From IMG/VR virus record IMGVR_UViG_3300016484_000236, positions 1-25,993 of that record: DNA of 25,993 nucleotides; one strand, written 5' to 3'. Within the stretch, counting starts at the first letter, position 1, and the number at the start of each line of letters is the position of its first letter. The notes below the pieces were generated by a model. It ran no database searches. It was given only the letters and a program-made list of their open reading frames with translations, and was not told the DNA's origin. Source of the DNA: a virus (Duplodnaviria; Caudoviricetes). The translations under genes and the position numbers were made by a program. Positions 1-5,208 of the stretch are shown here, one piece after another.

Positions 1-86
1 TACATATTGTTGTTGTAAGCGTCGAAAATGAAACGGATGTAAAGGTGGTTTTCAAACTCCTTTCACCACCGGCTGCATTCTAGAAC

Positions 87-171
87 AATAGGACAGACTG
101 CAACGACAAGAATCGGCTAGGCTCGTTGGTAACAACCTGACTTAGCGCCGGAGTCGTAACCGGCACCTATT
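87..171 (+). ncRNA. Putative structured RNA, copy A (3' part shared with 6359-6439)
   Basis: AATAGG(87-92)/CCTATT(166-171) closing stem, CAACGA/TCGTTG helix, 3' hairpin GCCGG-AGTCGTAA-CCGGC; the segment AACCTGA...TCGTAACC..ACCTATTTT recurs at 6399-6439. Confidence 0.45.
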
Positions 172-189
172 TTAATAAGAAGAATAAAG

Positions 190-366
190 ATGCGTTGTAA
201 ATCTTGTGACTCCTACTTCCGTAGGAACGAATGGAACACTTCAGACTACTGCGAAAAATGTGTTGACAGCGACGATTCGTTGGACTACAATACGCTAGAT
301 GAAGAACAAGAAATTGAAATACTGATGAATCCGACTGGGAAGACCCCAGCTAGATTCTATGATTAA
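190..366 (+). CDS. Small 58-aa protein with CxxC..CxxC (putative zinc ribbon) and acidic C-terminal half
   Basis: Manual translation MRCKSCDSYFRRNEWNTSDYCEKCVDSDDSLDYNTLDEEQEIEILMNPTGKTPARFYD*; below the ORF-track cutoff; stop abuts tRNA-Gly. Confidence 0.7.
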   Translation: MRCKSCDSYFRRNEWNTSDYCEKCVDSDDSLDYNTLDEEQEIEILMNPTGKTPARFYD

Positions 367-440
367 GCTTCCAAGCTAAAGGTTAGTCGCCAGCCCTCCA
401 AGCTGTGCAGAGTAGGGTTCGATTCCCTCTGGACGCTCCA
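367..440 (+). tRNA. tRNA-Gly(TCC)
   Basis: Acceptor GCTTCCA/TGGACGC, U73, CCA; anticodon arm CAGC-CCTCCAA-GCTG (C at 33); T-loop TTCGATT. Confidence 0.85.
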
Positions 441-542
441 AATTGGGTATGAACGTACCAAAGCAACGGCAGTATTTTAACTCTGTTGAGTTAATTTAAC
501 TTGCGGGCAGTAGTTGCATAGCAGACCCTAAGCTGCTATAAT

Positions 543-619
543 GTGGGCATAGTATAGTTTGGTTAGTATCTCTCGTTGCCATCGAGAAGACTTCGGTTCG
601 AATCCGAATGCTCATACCA
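543..619 (+). tRNA. tRNA-Gly(GCC)
   Basis: TCTCG-TTGCCAT-CGAGA; TTCGAAT T-loop; CCA end. Confidence 0.92.
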
Positions 620-623
620 ATTT

Positions 624-703
624 GGCTCATGGGACTGCATGGAGTGGTCACCCGCCTGTCACGCGGGATGTTCAGTGGGGATCGTTACCCCAATGAGTCG
701 CCA
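624..703 (+). tRNA. tRNA-Asp(GTC)
   Basis: CCCGC-CTGTCAC-GCGGG; acceptor GGCTCAT/ATGAGTC, G73, CCA; T-loop ATCGTTA. Confidence 0.9.
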
Positions 704-723
704 AAAGAATTATCAGAAAGCTC

Positions 724-752
724 TTGACGTTGTTTGAGAACTTTGTTATAAT
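724..752 (+). promoter_or_regulatory. Sigma70-type promoter
   Basis: TTGACG-17 nt-TATAAT with extended TG; ~10 nt upstream of tRNA-Glu. Confidence 0.85.
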
Positions 753-761
753 TCAGTTTTA

Positions 762-836
762 GCACCATTCGTCTATCGGTAAGGACTCAGGGTTTTCATC
801 CCTGCAAGAGCAGTTCGATTCTGCTATGGTGTACCA
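762..836 (+). tRNA. tRNA-Glu(TTC)
   Basis: CAGGG-TTTTCAT-CCCTG; TTCGATT; CCA. Confidence 0.93.
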
Positions 837-843
837 TTTTTAA

Positions 844-920
844 GCGAGATTAGCTCAGTAGATTAGAGCAGGTCACTACGAATGATCAGGTCGGGAGTTT
901 AAGTCTCTCATTTCGCTTCA
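844..920 (+). tRNA. tRNA-Arg(ACG)
   Basis: GGTCA-CTACGAA-TGATC; canonical D arm; T-loop TTTAAGT; ends TCA rather than CCA. Confidence 0.88.
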
Positions 921-926
921 AGTTTT

Positions 927-1024
927 AGACTAGTTACAGCAAACTTACAATTATTCTTACCATTATCAAGAACGAAGGGTTCGACTCCCCCGTAAACGTG
1001 GACGGTCCACATAAAGCTAGTCTG
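927..1024 (+). ncRNA. CAGCAA stem RNA unit E1 (Y-RNA-like candidate)
   Basis: AGACTAGTT-A-CAGCAA...AGCTAGTCT-GTTA; contains GGG-TTCGACT-CCC T-arm (977-989). Confidence 0.75.
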
Positions 1025-1032
1025 TTATTTTT

Positions 1033-1104
1033 AGGTTTCTTGCAGCAATTCAAAATTCTGACATACCCCTTGATTGAGGATCGGAAGTCCTCAGCAGAAA
1101 CCTG
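1033..1104 (+). ncRNA. CAGCAA stem RNA unit E2
   Basis: AGGTTTCT-TG-CAGCAA...AGAAACCT-GCTA; internal TGAGGAT/GTCCTCA hairpin. Confidence 0.75.
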
Positions 1105-1113
1105 CTATTTTAT

Positions 1114-1187
1114 TGGTCATAAACTTTAAAGTGAAGTCTCTGGCTTTTACCCAGATGAAGACGGGGCAGTACCGTCATGGCCTACCA
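1114..1187 (+). tRNA. tRNA-Lys(TTT)
   Basis: TCTGG-CTTTTAC-CCAGA; T-arm GACGG-GGCAGTA-CCGTC; CCA. Confidence 0.85.
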
Positions 1188-1190
1188 GAT

Positions 1191-1265
1191 GCGTCCTTGG
1201 CTGAGTGCATAGGCTCCCGATTGCAAACCGGGAACAGAACGGGTAAGAACCGTTAGGGCGTTCCA
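1191..1265 (+). tRNA. tRNA-Cys(GCA)
   Basis: Loop TTGCAAA; U73; CCA; T-arm AACGG-GTAAGAA-CCGTT. Confidence 0.87.
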
Positions 1266-1280
1266 AATTTATGATACAAT

Positions 1281-1357
1281 GCATCAGTGGTGTGAGTGGC
1301 TTAGCCGTCATCCTTACAAGATGAATAACGTAGGTTCGAATCCTACCTGATGTACCA
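1281..1357 (+). tRNA. tRNA-Val(TAC)
   Basis: TCATC-CTTACAA-GATGA; TTCGAAT; CCA. Confidence 0.92.
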
Positions 1358-1363
1358 AACAAT

Positions 1364-1437
1364 GTCCGGTTAATTCAATAGCAGAATACTCCCCTGATAA
1401 GGGAGATACGGTGGAGCGTAACCATCACTGGATACCA
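1364..1437 (+). tRNA. tRNA-Ile(GAT)
   Basis: CTCCC-CTGATAA-GGGAG; T-loop AGCGTAA; CCA. Confidence 0.88.
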
Positions 1438-1442
1438 CAAAT

Positions 1443-2081
1443 ATGAGTCGAATTTATAAAATTACCAACCTTATTAACCAAAAGAGCTATATAGGTAAAA
1501 CTGAATTCTCGATTGAGAAAAGATTCCGCCAACATACACTTGAAATTAATAAAGAACGTTCCAAGAATAGACCACTTTACCGGGCTATGCGCAAATATGG
1601 TATAGAAAATTTTAAAATTGAACTGATTGAAATTTGTACCAAAGCAGAGGTAAACGATAGGGAGCAATACTATATCCGGGTGTACAATACATACAAATTC
1701 GGGTATAATGCAACGCTTGGAGGGGACGGCAAAGCTTATGTTGACAGCGAAAAAATCATTGCTACCTACCTGCTTTTGAAAAATATTGCACAAACTGCTA
1801 AAGAAACAGGTTACGATAAGCAGACAGTTAGTAAAACGATTTCAAATCACGGAGTGGTTCGCCAAAGTCATCGAGAAGTGGTTACAGCTTCACGCGGCCG
1901 AGCCGTTTTGTTAGTTGAATTTGGATTGAAATTTGATTCAATGCAACTTGCTTCAGAATATATTCGTACTAATTTCCTTGAATTTAAAGATTCACGGTTA
2001 ACAAATATAACTGCCAAGATTTCTCTTGTGTGTAGAGGTTTACGTAAGAGTGCTTATGGCTACACATGGGAATATGTATAA
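1443..2081 (+). CDS. Free-standing GIY-YIG homing endonuclease (Seg-like) with C-terminal NUMOD1-like DNA-binding region
   Basis: RIYKITN...SYIGKT, conserved R, REQYYI, GYN; C-terminal CRGLRKSAYGYTWEY. Confidence 0.92.
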   Translation: MSRIYKITNLINQKSYIGKTEFSIEKRFRQHTLEINKERSKNRPLYRAMRKYGIENFKIELIEICTKAEVNDREQYYIRVYNTYKFGYNATLGGDGKAYVDSEKIIATYLLLKNIAQTAKETGYDKQTVSKTISNHGVVRQSHREVVTASRGRAVLLVEFGLKFDSMQLASEYIRTNFLEFKDSRLTNITAKISLVCRGLRKSAYGYTWEYV

Positions 2082-2167
2082 GGTGGGTTAACTTGCAAGG
2101 TGCAAGACTCGCTTGCTAAGCGAAGGGATCGGAAACGGTTGGATTTCGAATATTCAACCCACCGCCA
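2082..2167 (+). tRNA. tRNA-Ser(GCT)
   Basis: TCGC-TTGCTAA-GCGA; long variable arm; G73, CCA; begins directly after the endonuclease stop. Confidence 0.9.
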
Positions 2168-2195
2168 AGATTTTTAACACGTAAAGGAGAAACGT

Positions 2196-2348
2196 ATGTA
2201 CAATGTTCTAGTTCCGAAGTATACTAAGGCTGGCTTCACCTCCGACGGTAAACAGCAATTTACGGTATCATGGGAAGTTGTAGGAAAGGCAGACAGCATG
2301 GATCAAGCACGTAAGCTTACTCCTGTGCCTGTGCTAGAAAAGATTTAA
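2196..2348 (+). CDS. Small 50-aa hypothetical protein
   Basis: Strong SD AAAGGAG; MYNVLVPKYTKAGFTSDGKQQFTVSWEVVGKADSMDQARKLTPVPVLEKI*; fills the gap between two tRNA-Ser genes. Confidence 0.75.
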   Translation: MYNVLVPKYTKAGFTSDGKQQFTVSWEVVGKADSMDQARKLTPVPVLEKI

Positions 2349-2349
2349 T

Positions 2350-2440
2350 GGAAGCATGCGCTGAAGGTCAGCAAACGGATTTGAAATCCGTCGCCAGTTA
2401 TGAAGAATAGCTGAGAGTTCGATTCTTTGTGTTTCCACCA
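2350..2440 (+). tRNA. tRNA-Ser(TGA)
   Basis: ACGGA-TTTGAAA-TCCGT; long variable arm; CCA. Confidence 0.9.
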
Positions 2441-2447
2441 GTTTTAT

Positions 2448-2521
2448 TGAGGATGAATCAAGAAGTACGATATCCGGCTTTGACCCGGAGTAACATGGAG
2501 CGTTACCATGATCCTCTACCA
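2448..2521 (+). tRNA. tRNA-Gln(TTG)
   Basis: TCCGG-CTTTGAC-CCGGA; T-arm CATGG-AGCGTTA-CCATG; CCA. Confidence 0.85.
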
Positions 2522-2527
2522 ATGAAA

Positions 2528-2604
2528 GCCAGCATAGCTCAGTCGCGTAGAGCATCGGTGTGAAATACCGAGTGTCGGAGGTTCGATTCCTTCTGCTGGC
2601 ACCA
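2528..2604 (+). tRNA. tRNA-Phe(GAA)
   Basis: TCGGT-GTGAAAT-ACCGA; TTCGATT; CCA. Confidence 0.92.
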
Positions 2605-2609
2605 AATAT

Positions 2610-2676
2610 GTATCTTTAGCTCAGTGGCAGAGTTGCGCAAAATTCGTAGACCTTGGTTCGATTCCAAGAAGATACA
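2610..2676 (+). pseudogene. Degenerate tRNA-like gene, anticodon undetermined
   Basis: Perfect acceptor GTATCTT/AAGATAC, canonical D and T arms; shrunken anticodon arm TGCG-CAAAATT-CGTA without U33; no CCA. Confidence 0.7.
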
Positions 2677-2679
2677 CTC

Positions 2680-2757
2680 GGGTAGGTAAGCATTAATTGG
2701 CAAAGTGCCTGACTCCAAATTAGGAAGATGTAGGTTCGAGTCCTACCCTGCCCGCCA
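2680..2757 (+). tRNA. tRNA-Trp(CCA)
   Basis: CCTGA-CTCCAAA-TTAGG; TTCGAGT; G73, CCA. Confidence 0.92.
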
Positions 2758-2770
2758 AGATTATTTAGGT

Positions 2771-2841
2771 GTGACATTAGCTCAATGCAGAGCCTCGGAA
2801 TGTGACTCCGAGAGGTCCGGCTGCAAGCGCCGGATGTCACC
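2771..2841 (+). tRNA. tRNA-His(GTG)
   Basis: TCGGA-ATGTGAC-TCCGA; GTGACAT/ATGTCAC, C73; T-loop TGCAAGC; no encoded G-1, ends CCT. Confidence 0.82.
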
Positions 2842-2864
2842 CCTAAGTGATTTTTAAAATTTAT

Positions 2865-2942
2865 TGGCATGTAGTTCAGTTTGGTAAGAACGCTCGGCTG
2901 TTAACCGAGATGTCGCGGGTTCGAATCCTGCCGTGCCAGCCA
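2865..2942 (+). tRNA. tRNA-Asn(GTT)
   Basis: CTCGG-CTGTTAA-CCGAG; canonical arms; CCA. Confidence 0.95.
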
Positions 2943-2945
2943 AAA

Positions 2946-3067
2946 TTTGTTGATCGGATGTATTCTCGTTGAAGCATGATTATCACGCTCTCCGTTAGCT
3001 ACGGCAAGGTTCAGATAGTTGTCTGAAATGCAGAGAGATACCATAGGTTCGATTCCTGTGCAACAAA
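2946..3067 (+). ncRNA. Oversized tRNA-like RNA of unknown type
   Basis: TTTGTTG/CAACAAA 7-bp closing stem next to T-arm CATAGG-TTCGATT-CCTGTG; branched interior instead of an anticodon loop. Confidence 0.6.
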
Positions 3068-3076
3068 ACAAACAAT

Positions 3077-3152
3077 GGGCTGTAGGGAAAAACTGGGAAT
3101 CCGCCTGCCTTGCACGCAGGAGAAGCGAGTTCAACTCTCGCACGGTCCACCA
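3077..3152 (+). tRNA. tRNA-Ala(TGC)
   Basis: CCTGC-CTTGCAC-GCAGG; G3:U70 identity pair; CCA. Confidence 0.93.
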
Positions 3153-3162
3153 AACAAACGTA

Positions 3163-3191
3163 TTGACAACAGAATTTACCTGATGTACAAT
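3163..3191 (+). promoter_or_regulatory. Sigma70-type promoter upstream of the E3-E6 array and Ro60-like gene
   Basis: TTGACA-17 nt-TACAAT; predicted start ~3198, a few nt before E3. Confidence 0.85.
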
Positions 3192-3201
3192 ACACGAATT
3201 A

Positions 3202-3269
3202 AGAATGCAAACAGCAAACCTCTAAAAACTCAAATCTTATACTTTTGATCTTAAAGAAATTGCATTCTG
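3202..3269 (+). ncRNA. CAGCAA stem RNA unit E3
   Basis: AGAATGCAA-A-CAGCAA...TTGCATTCT-GTTT, perfect 9-bp stem. Confidence 0.8.
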
Positions 3270-3277
3270 TTTTATTT

Positions 3278-3383
3278 AGAGTAGTTACAGCAAATCCGTT
3301 TCGCTTGCGAATACGGGCAAACCTTTAAACTAGGATGTGAGTTTCGATTTCTCACTTGAATCAAAAAGTAGAAAACTACTCTG
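3278..3383 (+). ncRNA. CAGCAA stem RNA unit E4 (cloverleaf-like interior)
   Basis: AGAGTAGTT-A-CAGCAA...AACTACTCT-GCTA; three internal hairpins, the last with TTCGATT. Confidence 0.8.
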
Positions 3384-3392
3384 CTACTATTT

Positions 3393-3451
3393 AGGCTACT
3401 TGCAGCAACCAATGAAATCAACTTGTAATTGAAACTTCAAAAGGTAGCCTG
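3393..3451 (+). ncRNA. CAGCAA stem RNA unit E5
   Basis: AGGCTACTT-G-CAGCAA...AGGTAGCCT-GTTA; internal TCAA-CTTGTAA-TTGA. Confidence 0.8.
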
Positions 3452-3459
3452 TTATTTTT

Positions 3460-3512
3460 AGACTGCATCCAGCAACTTATAACATTTGGTATATGTAAAA
3501 AACTGCAGTCTG
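3460..3512 (+). ncRNA. CAGCAA stem RNA unit E6
   Basis: AGACTGCA-TC-CAGCAA...TGCAGTCT-GTTT; internal ACAT-TTGGTAT-ATGT. Confidence 0.8.
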
Positions 3513-3541
3513 TTTATCAATGTCACTGAAAGGAGAATCAA

Positions 3542-5011
3542 ATGACAGTCGTATCATTATTTGACGCCATGCAAAATGGCACTCGTACCACTAACGGTAT
3601 GCCAGCTTTCAAAAGCACTAGTAATGCACTGCTGGATTTCTTTACTGTAGCTGGCGACTCACGTAACACTGACGTTACGAAGCAATTCCTTGCTGCTTTT
3701 GCCGACAACCAAGAAATCGCAGTTCGCACTTTGCTATGGACCCGCGATAGTCGCGGTGGTGCTGGCGAACGTAATACTTTCCGTAAGCTCCTAGGTGTGC
3801 TTGCCCGTGACGATAACTTCCAGCACATGAAGGGTGTTATTGCTCTAACTCCTGAAGTTGGTCGCTGGGATGACTTGCTGGTGCTGATTGGCACTAAGCA
3901 CGAATCTGATGCAATTGCAGCTATCCGTGAAGCTCTCCAAAAGCAAAACGGTCTGTGCGCTAAGTGGATGCCACGCCAAGGTGAAGTGGCTGCAAAGCTG
4001 CGTAATGCTTTAGGCATGACTCCTAAGCAATGGCGTAAGACTCTGGTTACACTGACTAACGTTGTGGAAACCCAGATGTGCAACCGTGAATGGTCTGCAA
4101 TCGAATATCAAAAGGTTCCTTCCCGTGCAATCGGTAAGTATGCCAAGGCATTCGGTCGTCAAGACGGCACGCGCTTCACTGCTTTCAAGCAAGCTGTTGC
4201 AAAGGGTGAAGTTAAGATCAATGCAGGTGGTGTGTTCCCTTACGATGTGGTTTCACTGCTGAATCGTGATCCTGCTTTGGCAGAAGTTCAGTGGAAAGCC
4301 CTGCCAGATTATGTGCAAGGGTCTGATGAACGTGCAATCTGTGTAGTAGATGTATCTGGTAGCATGGACAGTCGTGTTGCAGGTAATGTTTCTGCGATGG
4401 ACGTAGCTATCTCTCTGGGTATCTACACTTCTGAACGTCTGCAAGGTGTATTCAAGAATACTTTCATTACTTTCACTGACAATCCAAAGATTGTTAAGTT
4501 CAAGGAAGGTACGACTCTCGCACAGCGTGTCCGAGAAGCCAAGGAGGCTGTGGGTTACAGTACAAACCTTGAGGGTGTATTCGATGCTGTACTTAGTGCT
4601 GCCGTGCAGAACAAGGTTCCTGAAGATCAGATGCCTACGAAAATCGTAATGATTTCCGATATGCAGTTCAATGCGCAGGTCAAGGGTGGCGGTCTATCGG
4701 CTGTGCCAATGATTCAGCAAAAGTATGCTGCTGCTGGCTACAAGATGCCTGCACTGGTATTCTGGAACGTGAACGCAGCGGTTTATGCCAATAAGCCTGC
4801 TACCGTGATGGACCGTGGTGTTGCAATGGTTAGTGGTTTCAGTCCTGCTATCCTGACAAGTATTTTGTCTGGAAAAGATAATTCCATGGAACTAATGCTT
4901 GACGCCGTAGGAAAAGTGCGGTATAATTACATTCAAGCAACCCCAGAAGTTGCTGAAGTAACAACTGCTAAGCCAAAGCGTAAATATGTTCGCAAGGTAA
5001 AAGCAGAATAA
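3542..5011 (+). CDS. DUF2828-family protein (TROVE/Ro60-like helical region + vWA domain), putative RNA-binding
   Basis: Recognised motifs LLDFF, RDSRGGAGER, GRWDDL, AKWMPR, YQKVPS; MIDAS VVDVSGSM; SDMQF, VFWNV, SGFS; SD AAGGAG; basic tail KPKRKYVRKVK. Confidence 0.85.
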   Translation: MTVVSLFDAMQNGTRTTNGMPAFKSTSNALLDFFTVAGDSRNTDVTKQFLAAFADNQEIAVRTLLWTRDSRGGAGERNTFRKLLGVLARDDNFQHMKGVIALTPEVGRWDDLLVLIGTKHESDAIAAIREALQKQNGLCAKWMPRQGEVAAKLRNALGMTPKQWRKTLVTLTNVVETQMCNREWSAIEYQKVPSRAIGKYAKAFGRQDGTRFTAFKQAVAKGEVKINAGGVFPYDVVSLLNRDPALAEVQWKALPDYVQGSDERAICVVDVSGSMDSRVAGNVSAMDVAISLGIYTSERLQGVFKNTFITFTDNPKIVKFKEGTTLAQRVREAKEAVGYSTNLEGVFDAVLSAAVQNKVPEDQMPTKIVMISDMQFNAQVKGGGLSAVPMIQQKYAAAGYKMPALVFWNVNAAVYANKPATVMDRGVAMVSGFSPAILTSILSGKDNSMELMLDAVGKVRYNYIQATPEVAEVTTAKPKRKYVRKVKAE

Positions 5012-5101
5012 ATTCCTGATTTATCAGGATTAAGTTCTCAGGGATGGGAACCCTAGTAACAGGGTAAGTTATCAATCAGGTGAGAAGCCTGTCCAAATAT
5101 T

Positions 5102-5188
5102 GGAGGTTGCCCCACTCGGCGGTCTGTAAAACCGTTCCCTAAAGAGTGGAAGTCTGGGTCTGTAGAGCGTTACTATCAGCCTCCACCA
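5102..5188 (+). tRNA. tRNA-Tyr(GTA), atypical (truncated D arm)
   Basis: GCGGT-CTGTAAA-ACCGT; acceptor GGAGGTT/AGCCTCC, A73, CCA; T-loop AGCGTTA. Confidence 0.75.
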
Positions 5189-5208
5189 AAGTTTTTCTAT
5201 TATCTATT

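Noticed and set aside
1-171. 3' end of a tmRNA
   Set aside because: No canonical T-arm plus ACCA end or recognisable tag peptide, and the window edge prevents a proper assessment.
1074-3195. ORF-track entries over the tRNA cluster (1074-1256 +, 1147-1362, 2334-2555, 2616-2870, 2901-3143, 2995-3195 -; also 6000-6197 -)
   Set aside because: They are translations of tRNA genes or their antisense, with no SD or protein-like features.
3202-3512. CRISPR array or integron attC interpretation of the repeated units
   Set aside because: The repeats are not identical; they conserve pairing around the variable part rather than sequence. Unit length varies from ~53 to 106 nt, there are no cas or integrase genes in the window, and there are no RYYYAAC/GTTRRRY cores.
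927-3512. Alternative pairing of the (R)CAG motif with the 3' CTG(Y) as a switch
   Set aside because: It extends to 4 or more bp in E1, E2, E3 and E5 but not in E4 or E6, and it competes with a much stronger stem, so the evidence is too weak.
5146-5208. N-terminal extension of the second endonuclease (likewise the upstream starts at 6453, 10268, 13369, 14175, 23776)
   Set aside because: These starts fall inside tRNAs, terminators or upstream genes; the downstream ATGs fit better by SD, gene overlap or alignment to the paralog.
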